In this document: piece after piece, positions 36,483-46,057 of the stretch
How the letters are laid out: every line of letters begins with the position of its first letter
How positions within the stretch are numbered: position 1 is the stretch's first letter
Assembly: GCA_964586145.1 (NCBI GenBank)
Contig: CAZPHH010000002.1
Span: 38,176 to 102,175 of the forward strand
Direction of reading: 5' to 3'
Length of the DNA: 64,000 nucleotides
Source: an uncultured Phycisphaeraceae bacterium
GTDB lineage: Bacteria; Planctomycetota; Phycisphaerae; UBA1845
Made by a program: the position numbers and the translations under genes
The notes under the pieces: generated by a model
What the model was told of the DNA's origin: nothing
Databases searched by the model: none
The model's input: only the letters and a program-made list of their open reading frames with translations

Positions 36483-37976
36483 ATGAAGATACTCCTTGTC
36501 GACCCCCCGGCCCACACTGACGATTACGACAAGGCCTATCCCAACATCGGCCTGTTGCATCTCATCTCGTATGTTCGCGAGCGAACGGCCTTGTCCGATG
36601 AGGACATCCTCTTCCTCGATGCGTTTCACACGGTCGAAGACCACGTGCGTGCCGTCGAGCGCCACCGCCCGGACGTGTACGGCATCAGTTTCGCCTTCCT
36701 GACCCAGCGCGTGGCGTACGAAGCGATCCGCGCGGTCAAGGCCCGTTTCCCAGACCTGCTGGTGGTGGCCGGCGGCCCGCACCCCACGGCGGACCCGCAA
36801 GACGTGCTCCGACGCTGCCCGGCGGACCTGGTCGCCATCGGCGAAGGGGAGACGCTGCTGGCCGAGATCGTGGAAAAGGTGTCCCGGCGCGATTTTGACT
36901 TCCACCAAACGCCGGGGCTGGCCCTGCGGGATGGCGACCGAGTGGTGCTGACGCCGCGCCGGCCCGTCGTAGAGGACCTGGACAGCCTGCCCCCGCCCGC
37001 ATGGGACCGCGTCGACTTCTCGAAGTTCATCGGGCAGCACTACTGCAAGGACAGGAGGCAGGCCGGCATCGTCATCAGCCGGGGCTGCCCGTTCCGCTGC
37101 ACGTTCTGCTCGCTGCCGGTCTGGCGGGTGTCGAAGCCGTACGTCCGCATGCGCTCGCCTGAGAGCATCGCCCGCGAGGTGGATTGGCTCTATCAGCTCG
37201 GCGTGCGCGAGATCAAGATCGTCTCCGACGAGATCAACGCGTCGCTTCCCTGGGCGAAGGATGTCTGCCGGGCCATCGCGACCCTGGGCCATCGCGACCT
37301 GTACTTTCAGGGCAACCTGCGGGCCCGGCCGATGGACGACGAGTTGGCCGGCCTGTTCCGCCGCATGAACATGTGGCTGGTGCATCTGGGGTGTGAGAGC
37401 GCCAGCGACCGCGTGCTTCGCGGCATCCGCAAGAAGGTCACCGTGCGACAGGTGGAGGATTGCCTGCGGGTCCTGAAGCGCCATCGGGTCGGCGTGCTGC
37501 TGTTCATGATGGCCTGGAACCTGTGGGAGGAGAAAGGCCGGCTCTGCTGGGAGAGCCCGCGAGAGGCGGTCCGTTCGCTTCTGTGGGGCTGGAAGCAGTT
37601 CTGGCTGGGCCGCGTCCGCTACATGACGTGGTCGATCGCCACGCCCATGCCCGGGGCGCCGCTCTTCGACATCGTGGAACGCCACGGACTGCATTCGGCT
37701 GACCAGGTGCTGGCCGACTGGGACCGCAACAAGGACTACCCCGGCACCGACCTGCGACCACTGGGTGTTTCCGAGTTCGTCCGTCTGGGCATGCTGCGGC
37801 TGGGCATCCTCTCCAAGGGCTTCTTCGCCCTGGCCAGTGGCGGTTTCGACTGGCGGCGGAACTTCTACCGCGTGGGCATCCTGCTCCGCAGCTTCCTCGG
37901 CGTCGGTCGCCGCCGAGGCGCGGCGCCCGGGCTTACCTTCGCGAACACCCCGCTCCAGCCGAAGGTGGAAGGCTGA
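36483..37976 (+). CDS. B12-binding-domain radical SAM protein (class B)
   Basis: 497 aa. N-terminal cobalamin-binding-like domain (MKILLVDPP...GISFAFLTQ...VVAGGPHPT) and the radical SAM cluster motif CPFRCTFC. Confidence 0.85.
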   Translation: MKILLVDPPAHTDDYDKAYPNIGLLHLISYVRERTALSDEDILFLDAFHTVEDHVRAVERHRPDVYGISFAFLTQRVAYEAIRAVKARFPDLLVVAGGPHPTADPQDVLRRCPADLVAIGEGETLLAEIVEKVSRRDFDFHQTPGLALRDGDRVVLTPRRPVVEDLDSLPPPAWDRVDFSKFIGQHYCKDRRQAGIVISRGCPFRCTFCSLPVWRVSKPYVRMRSPESIAREVDWLYQLGVREIKIVSDEINASLPWAKDVCRAIATLGHRDLYFQGNLRARPMDDELAGLFRRMNMWLVHLGCESASDRVLRGIRKKVTVRQVEDCLRVLKRHRVGVLLFMMAWNLWEEKGRLCWESPREAVRSLLWGWKQFWLGRVRYMTWSIATPMPGAPLFDIVERHGLHSADQVLADWDRNKDYPGTDLRPLGVSEFVRLGMLRLGILSKGFFALASGGFDWRRNFYRVGILLRSFLGVGRRRGAAPGLTFANTPLQPKVEG

Positions 37977-38027
37977 CGCCGGCGAGCGTCTTGCCGAAAT
38001 CCGCGGATTCCCGTATCCACTCTGCCC

Positions 38028-38990
38028 ATGACACTGTTTGGCGAAATCCGCTCGGCCTGCCGCCGGGTTGCTGACCTGGCCCGTCACGTCCGCATCGTCG
38101 CCGAGAACGTCGAGCCGTACGCCGCCGCCCTGCCGCTGGATCAGGTCTTCGCGCCGTCGCTGGACCCGGCCCACCACTACCAGGGCACCCCGGAAAAGAC
38201 ACTGGCGTACGTGCTGACCGTCGATGCGGTCAACTTCGGGTCTGGGTTCTTCCCTCACCTGCGCAAGCGCCCCGGCCTCTCCGGCTACCTTACCGTCGCC
38301 TCATCGCTGAAGGATTGGTTTGACGCCCGCGACGCCGTACGGGCGGAGGACCTGGCCTCGCTGACCGCGAGCGACTGCATCCGCATCTTCGGGCAGCTCG
38401 AAGGGGCGCCGGAGCCCGTTCACGAATTGATGCGGCTGTTCGCCGAGGCCCTCAACGACCTCGGTCGCTTCACGATCGAGCACTACCAGGGCGGCTTCGC
38501 CTCCCTGATCGAGGACGCCCGCCACTCCGCGGAAGCGCTGGTGGGCATTCTGGATCGAATTCCGTTTTACCGCGACGTTCATTTCTACGGGCATCTGCGC
38601 GTGCCGTTCTACAAGCGGGCCCAGATCACCGCGGCGGACCTGTCCGTCGCATTCGCGAACCAGGGGTGGGGCCGGTTCGACGACCTGGCAAGCCTCACGA
38701 TCTTCGCCGACAACCTGGTCCCTCACGTTCTGCGGATGGACGGGCTGCTTCGCTACGAGCCGGACCTCCTCGATCGAATCAACCGCGAAGAGCCGCTCAC
38801 ACCCGGTTCGGCGGAGGAAATCGAAATCCGCGCGTGCGGCCTGACCGCCGTTGAATCGCTGGTCGAAGCGCTGCGCCGCCGGGGCCTGGACGTCATCGCG
38901 CGTGACCTGGACTATTTCCTCTGGAACCGCGGTCAGCGCCCCGAATACAAGGCCCATCCCCGCCACCGCGCCCGCTGCGTGTACTACTGA
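38028..38990 (+). CDS. Queuosine-salvage family protein (DUF2419 / Qng1-like)
   Basis: 320 aa. VDAVNFGSGFF...FYKRAQI...IFADNLVPHVLR...HPRHRARCVYY resembles the DUF2419 family as I recall it. This call rests on memory of the family, not on a search. Confidence 0.7.
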   Translation: MTLFGEIRSACRRVADLARHVRIVAENVEPYAAALPLDQVFAPSLDPAHHYQGTPEKTLAYVLTVDAVNFGSGFFPHLRKRPGLSGYLTVASSLKDWFDARDAVRAEDLASLTASDCIRIFGQLEGAPEPVHELMRLFAEALNDLGRFTIEHYQGGFASLIEDARHSAEALVGILDRIPFYRDVHFYGHLRVPFYKRAQITAADLSVAFANQGWGRFDDLASLTIFADNLVPHVLRMDGLLRYEPDLLDRINREEPLTPGSAEEIEIRACGLTAVESLVEALRRRGLDVIARDLDYFLWNRGQRPEYKAHPRHRARCVYY

Positions 38991-39159
38991 CCGGGCGAAT
39001 GCAAGTCTCTCGCTCCCGGACACACTGTGCCGCAGATTCGGTCTCGTCAAAAGCCGCCAATCGCGTTACCATGAAGGGATCAAAGGCCGATGGTCGGCTG
39101 GTCCTTTGCGTGAAGCCGCTTGGAACGCGGGATCCCGTACCGCACACAGGAAATTCATC

Positions 39160-40419
39160 ATGGGCAAATGGACGATAGGCACTGCATGCATATGCGCGTT
39201 CATGGGTTTCCCCGGGCTCGGCTTCGGGCAGAGCGGAGCCGTTCGCGGAGTGCATGACCCGGTGCTCATCCAACAGGGTGACACGTACTACCTGTTCTCC
39301 AGTGGCCCCGGCGTACCGATCCACCGCTCGAAGGACCTTCTGCGTTGGGAAAGGGCCGGGCGTGTGTTCGCGGACAACGTGCCGGAATGGGGCCGGAAGG
39401 ACGTGCCACAGGCGCGGGACGTCTGGGCGCCGGATATCTCTTTCTACCGCGGGCACTACCAGCTCTACTACTCCATCTCCACGCTTGGAAGCCGCCGCTC
39501 CTGCATCGGACTGGCCACCAACCGGACGCTCGATCCCACATCCGCCGATTACCAATGGGTCGACCAGGGAAAAGTCCTCGAAACGCATCCGGAAACGGCC
39601 GACTACAACGCGATCGACCCCAATTTCGTGCTGGACCGGGAAGGCAACCCGTGGCTGGTCTTCGGCTCGTACTGGTCCGGCATCAAGCTGACTCGTCTGG
39701 ACCCCGAGACGGGAAAACCTCCGGCAAAAGACGCCGGCCTCCGTGCCCTGGCCGCCCGCCCACGCGAGAAGGCGATCGAAGGGGCGTTCCTCGTGCATAA
39801 GAAGGACCACTATTACCTGTTCGTGTCGTTTGACCGCTGCGGCCGCGGCGTCGCCAGCAACTACCGCATTATGGTCGGCCGCTCCCCGGACATCACCGGC
39901 CCCTACGTGGACATCGACGGGCGTCCGATGCTTGAAGGCGGAGGCACTCCGGTACTCGCCGGCTATGACGAATGTCGCGGGCCCGGGCACAACGGGATTC
40001 TGCTGGGGGCAGACGGCGATTGGCTGGTCCACCACATGTACGACGCCGGCGCCAAGGGGGTGCCGACGCTTCAGGTCCGCCCGCTGCTCTGGTCATCGGA
40101 CGGCTGGCCCGTGGTGGGCGAACCGGTCAACAAGGCCACCCTGAGCCGACCCGCCATCCGGGATTCCGATCTGCTTGGTGCATGGAAGCACTCGGTGAAC
40201 TTCGGTGCATACGAGTACTTCGAGCTGCTCGCGGACGGCCGGATGAACGCCGCGGCCGACGGGGCCTCCTGGACGCTGGACGGCACGCGGCTTCGCCTGC
40301 ACTGGCCCGATCCGGATGCCCCGGAAGGGGCGTGGATCGACACGTGCTTCCTGGCGCCGGACGCCAAATCCTACGTGGGACGCAACCAGCTTGGACTTGT
40401 GATCCGAGGAATACGATAG
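39160..40419 (+). CDS. GH43 arabinan endo-1,5-alpha-L-arabinosidase-like
   Basis: ORF 38851..40419 trimmed to MGKWT (signal peptide). VHDPVLIQQGDTYYLFSSG, WAPDISFYRGHYQLYYS, IDPNF and EGAFL are the GH43 five-bladed-propeller catalytic motifs. Confidence 0.85.
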   Translation: MGKWTIGTACICAFMGFPGLGFGQSGAVRGVHDPVLIQQGDTYYLFSSGPGVPIHRSKDLLRWERAGRVFADNVPEWGRKDVPQARDVWAPDISFYRGHYQLYYSISTLGSRRSCIGLATNRTLDPTSADYQWVDQGKVLETHPETADYNAIDPNFVLDREGNPWLVFGSYWSGIKLTRLDPETGKPPAKDAGLRALAARPREKAIEGAFLVHKKDHYYLFVSFDRCGRGVASNYRIMVGRSPDITGPYVDIDGRPMLEGGGTPVLAGYDECRGPGHNGILLGADGDWLVHHMYDAGAKGVPTLQVRPLLWSSDGWPVVGEPVNKATLSRPAIRDSDLLGAWKHSVNFGAYEYFELLADGRMNAAADGASWTLDGTRLRLHWPDPDAPEGAWIDTCFLAPDAKSYVGRNQLGLVIRGIR

Positions 40420-40515
40420 CCGCGACCTGAAGCGCTCAGAACACGGAACGGAGCAGCGGAATTTCTTTTCATGTCAGAGACCCTGCTGTTGGCATACTCC
40501 GCGGAGGCAAGCCTC

Positions 40516-43395
40516 ATGAAACTCATCCTCTCACTCCTCGTCGTCGGTACGTTAACCGGGTGCATGGCAGACGTTCGTCCCGCCCCGCAATGGATCGCGC
40601 CGCGAGCCGCGGATGCAAGTCTCATGTCGGAGTCGGCGAAGTGGATCTGGGCAGCAGACCCGGACGGGCCGGCACCCGACACATCCAACGCACCGCCCGG
40701 GCCGGTCGTGCTGTCTCGGACGTTTCTGGCCCCCGACCAGACGCGGGAGTGCCTGGCCCGCCTCGCCCTGGCCGCCGACAACCGGGCCGTGGCGTTCCTG
40801 AACGGACGCGAAGTCCTGCGCAGTGAGAGTTGGTCGCAGCCAACCTTCGCCGACGTGCCCCTGCGTCCCGGCAAAAACGCGCTCGTCATTATGGCGGAGA
40901 ATAGCAAGGGACCCGACACAAACCCCGCCGGTGTCATCGCCCTGCTTGAGGCGCAGATTGGGGGTGGCAGCAAGCTCGTGGTGGCCACCGACGAGAAGTG
41001 GATGGGACAGTCCGGACCGCTGAACCGGCACACCGTGTTCGGGGCAGACCCGCACGGCCCAACCCAGGGCGGCGCTCCGGCGCCGGTTGTGGTACTGGGT
41101 CCGGCATCCACCGAACCATGGAAGCTGGACCCGACGGCCCTTGTCCGCGCCACGTCCTGCCCTATGCTTCGGACCGAGTTTCGCGTTGAGGGCCGGCCCA
41201 CCCAGGCCACCGTGCGGGTCATCGGACTTGGACACTATGAGCTTCGGCTGAACGGCCACGTCGTCGGCGATACTCTGCTGAACCAGGCCTGGTCACAGTA
41301 TGACAAGACGCTGTTCTGGCAGGAGTTCGATATCAGCCCGTGGATTCAATCGGGTGCGAACGCCTGGGGCGTTGTGCTCGGCAACTCCTTCTGGCACGTC
41401 GCGCCGCCCAACGATCCGGGACGCTTCGCCAAGACCGATGCCATGCCCGACTTCTCGAACGGACAGCCCTACCTGCTCTGGCTGGAAGCCCGGGTTCGAA
41501 TCGCTGATGGCCGGGAGACCGTGGTGACCAGCGACGCCGGCTGGAAATGGACTGATGGGCCGCTCACGTTCTCACACATCTACGCCGGCGAGGACTACGA
41601 CGCCACCCGCGAGTTGCCCGGCTGGGACCGACCCGGCTTCGACGACGGTGACTGGCGCCCGATTGTCGTCTGCGACGCCCCGCCGGCCAGGCTGGAGCCG
41701 TTCAGTTGCCCAGGGCTGAAGGCCTTTGAAACGTTCAAGCCCGTGGAAATCCGCGAGCCCGCGCCCGGCGTGTTCACATACGTGTTCCCGCAGAACTGCT
41801 CGGCCCTCCTGCGTTTCACGGTCGAGGGACCACGCGGCCACACCATCCGGTTCAAGCCGTGTGAGTACATGGATGAGTCCGGGCGGGTGCGCTTCACGTA
41901 CACGTGGGGCACGGGCAAGGACATCTGGCACGACTACACGCTTCGCGGCGGTGGGACGGAGTCGCACCAGACGATCTTCTGCTACGTCGGCTGCCAATAC
42001 GTGGAGGTCGCCGGCGCCGTCCCGGATGGCCGGCCCAATCCTGACGGTCTGCCCGTCATCAAGAATCTGGACCTCGTGCATGTGCGGACGGCCAATCGCA
42101 TCGCAGGCGAGTTCACCTGTTCCAGCCCGCTGCAGAACGCCGCCCATCGACTCATCGATTGGTCCATTCGCTCGAACATGAGCTACGTTTCCACCGACTG
42201 CCCCCACCGAGAGAAGAACGGCTGGCAGGAGCAGAACTGGCACATGGCCCGGGCGATGGCCTACCGCTTCGACATCCACGACTGGTACGCCAAGATCGCC
42301 CGCGACCTGCGCGACACCCAGTTGCCCGACGGCCACATCCCCACGAACTGCCCGAACTACCTTGTCGGCATCCCGCCGCACGGGTTCTGGAACGAGGCGC
42401 CGGAGTGGGGCATCGCGGGCGTGCTTGTGCCGTGGCATCTGTATGAATGGTACGACGATCGCGAAGCCCTGACGGACGCGTTCGAAAGCATGAAGCGCTA
42501 CGTGGATTACCTTTCCTCCACCGCCCGCGACGGCGTCATCACCAGCAACCTGGGCGACTGGTACGACTATGGACACGGCAAGGGGGACGGGCCGTCCCAG
42601 TGGACGCCGGCCGAGGTCAGCGCGACGGCCATCTGGGCCTTGGGCGTGTCCACGGTGGCCCGGGCTGCCGAGGTGCTGAACCGCGGCGAGGACGCCGAGA
42701 GGTACCACGCCCTGTTCGGACGCATCCGCGATACGTTCCAGCAGCGGTTCTGGGACGCCGAGGCCAAAACCGTCCGCAACAACGGATCGTGCCAGGCCGG
42801 CAATGCCGCCGCTCTCTGCATCGGCCTGATTCCGGAGGCGGATCGGCCGGCCGCCCTCCGGAAGATTGTCGACGACCTCGCCGCCCGCGGCTGGCAACAG
42901 ACCACCGGCGAGGTGCTCCAGGTGTTCCTGGTCCGCGCGCTGTCCGAGGGGGGTCGCGCTGACGCGTTGCACAGGGTGTACGCCCGCGAGGATCGGGGCA
43001 GCTATGGGTACATGGTGAACCAGGGCCTCACCACCCTCCCGGAGAGCTGGGACGCCCGGCCCGGCACCGGCAACAGCATGAATCACTTCATGCTGGGCCA
43101 TCTCATGGAATGGCACTATGCGTACGTCGCGGGCATCCGACAGCAGCCCGGCCGCATCGGCTGGAAGAGGATTCTGATTGCGCCAGACCCCGGGCCGCTG
43201 GATCACGCGGAAGCGTCGTTCAACAGCCCCGCCGGCCGGATCGTCAGCCGCTGGCAGCGACAGGGCGAGGCGTTCGAACTGCTCACGGAGGTTCCCACGG
43301 GCGTCGAGGCAATCGCCCTTCTGCCCGACGGCTCGCGCCATGCCCTGCGGGCCGGGAGCACAACGCTGACGTGTACCGTTCCGCGTCGCGAGTAA
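40516..43395 (+). CDS. Alpha-L-rhamnosidase family (GH78-like) lipoprotein
   Basis: ORF 40471..43395; I prefer MKLILSLLVVGTLTGC (lipobox). PMLRTEFRV...LGHYELRLNGHVVGD...Y (rhamnosidase N-domain pattern) and a six-hairpin region DCPHREKNGWQEQ. Confidence 0.75.
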   Translation: MKLILSLLVVGTLTGCMADVRPAPQWIAPRAADASLMSESAKWIWAADPDGPAPDTSNAPPGPVVLSRTFLAPDQTRECLARLALAADNRAVAFLNGREVLRSESWSQPTFADVPLRPGKNALVIMAENSKGPDTNPAGVIALLEAQIGGGSKLVVATDEKWMGQSGPLNRHTVFGADPHGPTQGGAPAPVVVLGPASTEPWKLDPTALVRATSCPMLRTEFRVEGRPTQATVRVIGLGHYELRLNGHVVGDTLLNQAWSQYDKTLFWQEFDISPWIQSGANAWGVVLGNSFWHVAPPNDPGRFAKTDAMPDFSNGQPYLLWLEARVRIADGRETVVTSDAGWKWTDGPLTFSHIYAGEDYDATRELPGWDRPGFDDGDWRPIVVCDAPPARLEPFSCPGLKAFETFKPVEIREPAPGVFTYVFPQNCSALLRFTVEGPRGHTIRFKPCEYMDESGRVRFTYTWGTGKDIWHDYTLRGGGTESHQTIFCYVGCQYVEVAGAVPDGRPNPDGLPVIKNLDLVHVRTANRIAGEFTCSSPLQNAAHRLIDWSIRSNMSYVSTDCPHREKNGWQEQNWHMARAMAYRFDIHDWYAKIARDLRDTQLPDGHIPTNCPNYLVGIPPHGFWNEAPEWGIAGVLVPWHLYEWYDDREALTDAFESMKRYVDYLSSTARDGVITSNLGDWYDYGHGKGDGPSQWTPAEVSATAIWALGVSTVARAAEVLNRGEDAERYHALFGRIRDTFQQRFWDAEAKTVRNNGSCQAGNAAALCIGLIPEADRPAALRKIVDDLAARGWQQTTGEVLQVFLVRALSEGGRADALHRVYAREDRGSYGYMVNQGLTTLPESWDARPGTGNSMNHFMLGHLMEWHYAYVAGIRQQPGRIGWKRILIAPDPGPLDHAEASFNSPAGRIVSRWQRQGEAFELLTEVPTGVEAIALLPDGSRHALRAGSTTLTCTVPRRE

Positions 43396-43412
43396 CCCAT
43401 CGGGATCGGCCC

Positions 43413-44453
43413 CTACGTCCAGCGGAACCAGCGCAGCGCCAGCAGAAAGCACACCGCGCCCAGCCCGCCGAGGTACGCCAGCGGGAACCACTGCGACGTC
43501 AGCGGTGCGCCCTCCAGGATCACCGCTCGCAGGGCATTATTGAGTTGCGTGAGCGGGAGCGCCTTGATGTACGGATGCAGGAACGCCGGAAACCGCTCGT
43601 ACGAGAAGAAGATCCCCGAGAACAACCACATGGGCAGCATGATCAGGTTCATGAGGCCGGATATGGTCTCGATCTTCTTCGCACGGCACGCGGACAGCAG
43701 CCCAATCCCGGCAAAGCAGGCCGCACCCACCAGCCCCACGACCAACGCGCTGGCCACGCTGCCCGCCACGTGAATTCCGAACAGCAGCACGCCCGCCGCC
43801 AACACCGCCGCCATCTCCGGTACGGTGAACAGCAACCGCCCACCCACCAGCGACAGCAGCATGTCTCGCCGGCGCATCGGAGAGGCCACCATCCACTTCA
43901 GAAGCCTCCGCACGCGCATGTCGACAATCACGTACCCGATGCCCCACATGCCGCCGCCCATCAGGTTCATCCCCAGCAGTCCGGGCACCAGGAAGTCGAT
44001 GTAACGCGACCCCGGCTCCGTCACCAGTCGGTCCGTCGCGGATACCGCATCCTTGCGTCCGGCCGCCCGCTGCAGGGCGTCGTCCACCTGCGCCCGCGCG
44101 GTTATGCATTCCGGGCGGCTCGGGTCGTAGCGGTACGTGTTCCCATCCACGCTCGGCTCCACCACCAGCGACGTCTTGGCCAGGCGCAAGCGCTCCATCG
44201 CAAGGGCCGGCTCGCTGACATGCACGTCGAAAAGCCCGCCCGGCGCCTCCTTCAACGCGGCCACGACGGCCGCGGAAGTCTCTGACTGCACCACGTCCAC
44301 GGGGACCCGGTCCGGCGCCTTCGATCGGAATGCGATCCCCAGCCCCACGATCATCAGAAGCGGAAATCCGTACGTCCAGAACACGACCTCCGGCTCGCGG
44401 TAGAACTGCCGCAGCCGGCACAGGAACAACTCTTTGAGCGGATGATACGTCAT
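43413..44453 (-). CDS. ABC-2 type transporter permease
   Basis: 346 aa. One N-terminal TM segment, a large loop, then five TM segments, as in ABC-2 exporters. It lies 7 nt downstream of the ATPase gene. Confidence 0.8.
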   Translation of the reverse strand: MTYHPLKELFLCRLRQFYREPEVVFWTYGFPLLMIVGLGIAFRSKAPDRVPVDVVQSETSAAVVAALKEAPGGLFDVHVSEPALAMERLRLAKTSLVVEPSVDGNTYRYDPSRPECITARAQVDDALQRAAGRKDAVSATDRLVTEPGSRYIDFLVPGLLGMNLMGGGMWGIGYVIVDMRVRRLLKWMVASPMRRRDMLLSLVGGRLLFTVPEMAAVLAAGVLLFGIHVAGSVASALVVGLVGAACFAGIGLLSACRAKKIETISGLMNLIMLPMWLFSGIFFSYERFPAFLHPYIKALPLTQLNNALRAVILEGAPLTSQWFPLAYLGGLGAVCFLLALRWFRWT

Positions 44454-44460
44454 TGGCGGA

Positions 44461-45489
44461 TCAGGCCGGCGCCGCCTCCTTTGCCTGGGGCTCGTCGGCC
44501 GGCGTGTCTTCGCTCAGGCGTCGCCCGGTCAGGCTGACGAATACGTCCTCCAGGCTGACGTGCCGGGTGGTCAGGCGGCTCAGCTCGTAGTTCCAGCGGT
44601 TCAGCCGGCCCAGCAACGCCGGCACGGCCACGTGCGGCTGCGACACGGTCAGGGCAAAGCCGTCCCGATCCGGGCGTGCCGCCAGAACGGCCGGAATCGC
44701 GTCCAGCCGGTCGATGCTCAGCGGCTCGGCGTGCCGATTCACAGCGAACTCCACCACGTGCTCGCCGCCCAGCCGGGCAATGAGGGCGGGCGGCGTTCCC
44801 AGAGCGATCACCCGCCCATGATCGACGATGGCCACGCGGTCGCACAGCCGCTCCGCTTCGTCCATGTAATGCGTGGTTATCAGCGTGGTTCGCCCGTGAG
44901 CCTGGTGTCGCCGCACGATTTCCCAGATTTCCCGGCGCGAGCCCGGGTCGAGCCCCGTGGTTGGCTCGTCCAGGAACAGCAGCTCCGGATCGCCCACCAA
45001 CCCGCACGCCACCACCAGCCGCTGCCGCTGGCCACCGGACAGGTTGCCCACCCGGGCGTTCCGCTTCTCCTGCAGTGAGACGGCCGTGATCACGTCGTCC
45101 GGCTCGCGGCCCTGGCGGTAGAAGCTGCGAAACAGCCGGACGATTTCGACGGTGGTGAGCTTGTCGTTCAGGCGCGTCTCCTGGAGTGTGATCCCCATCC
45201 GCTGCCGCAGCGCCATGTCCGCGCCTGCTCCCCACCGCCGCCCCAGCACCTCCACCACGCCGGCCGAGGGCTTCATCAGCCCCTCCAAAATTTCCACCGT
45301 GGTGGTCTTGCCGGCCCCGTTGGGCCCGAGCAGCCCGAAGCACTCCCCCGCGTGGACGTCCAGGTCCACGCCGCGCAGCGCCTCAACCGCCCGCCGCTTG
45401 CCCGCGTCATATGTCTTGCACAGCCCCTGGCAGTAGATAACGGTCGGTCGCGATCCTTCCACGCGGAACCCCCCAACCAGCTCCGGCAC
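44461..45489 (-). CDS. ABC transporter ATP-binding protein
   Basis: Walker A GPNGAGKTT, signature LSGGQRQRL, Walker B LLFLDEPTTGLD. A GTG start at 45489 gives the maximal extent; GTG 45462 (G-rich SD) is an alternative. Confidence 0.9.
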   Translation of the reverse strand: MPELVGGFRVEGSRPTVIYCQGLCKTYDAGKRRAVEALRGVDLDVHAGECFGLLGPNGAGKTTTVEILEGLMKPSAGVVEVLGRRWGAGADMALRQRMGITLQETRLNDKLTTVEIVRLFRSFYRQGREPDDVITAVSLQEKRNARVGNLSGGQRQRLVVACGLVGDPELLFLDEPTTGLDPGSRREIWEIVRRHQAHGRTTLITTHYMDEAERLCDRVAIVDHGRVIALGTPPALIARLGGEHVVEFAVNRHAEPLSIDRLDAIPAVLAARPDRDGFALTVSQPHVAVPALLGRLNRWNYELSRLTTRHVSLEDVFVSLTGRRLSEDTPADEPQAKEAAPA

Positions 45490-45519
45490 TCGGAAACCGG
45501 CCCCGGATTCTACCCCTGT

Positions 45520-45541
45520 ACCACTGTTCTTGAACAGTGGT
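45520..45541. promoter_or_regulatory. 22-bp perfect palindrome (putative operator) upstream of the ABC-2 exporter operon
   Basis: accactgttc TT gaacagtggt: 10-nt perfect inverted arms. It lies 31-52 nt upstream of the 45489 start on the minus strand. Confidence 0.4.
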
Positions 45542-45990
45542 CTCCACGTTTCCCGGACGTGTGGAACACCATGAAAGAACGGCTACCAATTCCTGATGTC
45601 GTCATTCGTGCCCGGCTCACCGTCCGGCCCGCTGCTCCACAGGTCGAACGAACTCATGTTTGCATCATCCGGGAGGTGGGAAAGGGGGACATCTCGGGCG
45701 GGAAAAGGGCCGGGTGGCCCTGGGTGGTTTCTCACTCAGGGCTCGCACAGATCTCCCGGCGCGCCGGGATGCGCGGTTCACACATATGGTTGCTCTGTCT
45801 GGGGTTTCCGACTCGGTTTGCTGCCCGTAAAAGTGCCGATGCGGAAGCCGCTGGGCTTCCGCATCCGACACAACCGCGCCATGTCTGACCCGCGAAGGGG
45901 TCTCCCGAAGATTCGTTGCGTGCCGAAGGCCCTGGCCCGGCGCTGTCGGGAAGGTCTGCCTTCCTTCCTCCCCCGGGGTCGCCGTCCGGC

Positions 45991-46025
45991 GCCGGCCGGC
46001 CGTTTCCACGGAAGCGGCCGGCCGG
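45991..46025 (-). terminator. GC-rich hairpin ~30 nt downstream of the dnaA stop (terminator candidate)
   Basis: ccggccggccg / ~11-nt loop / cggccggccgg: 11-bp perfect stem, no U-tract. Confidence 0.35.
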
Positions 46026-46057
46026 CGGCGACCCAAGCATGTTCGGTTGCCGCCGCC

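Noticed and set aside
45948-45972. SRP (4.5S) RNA-like string ggaaggaaggcag on the minus strand in the gap downstream of dnaA.
   Set aside because: It only superficially resembles GGAAGGAAGCAGCC. The flanks cannot form the helix-8 GNRA tetraloop and symmetric-loop structure, and no 5'/3' closing helix is evident.
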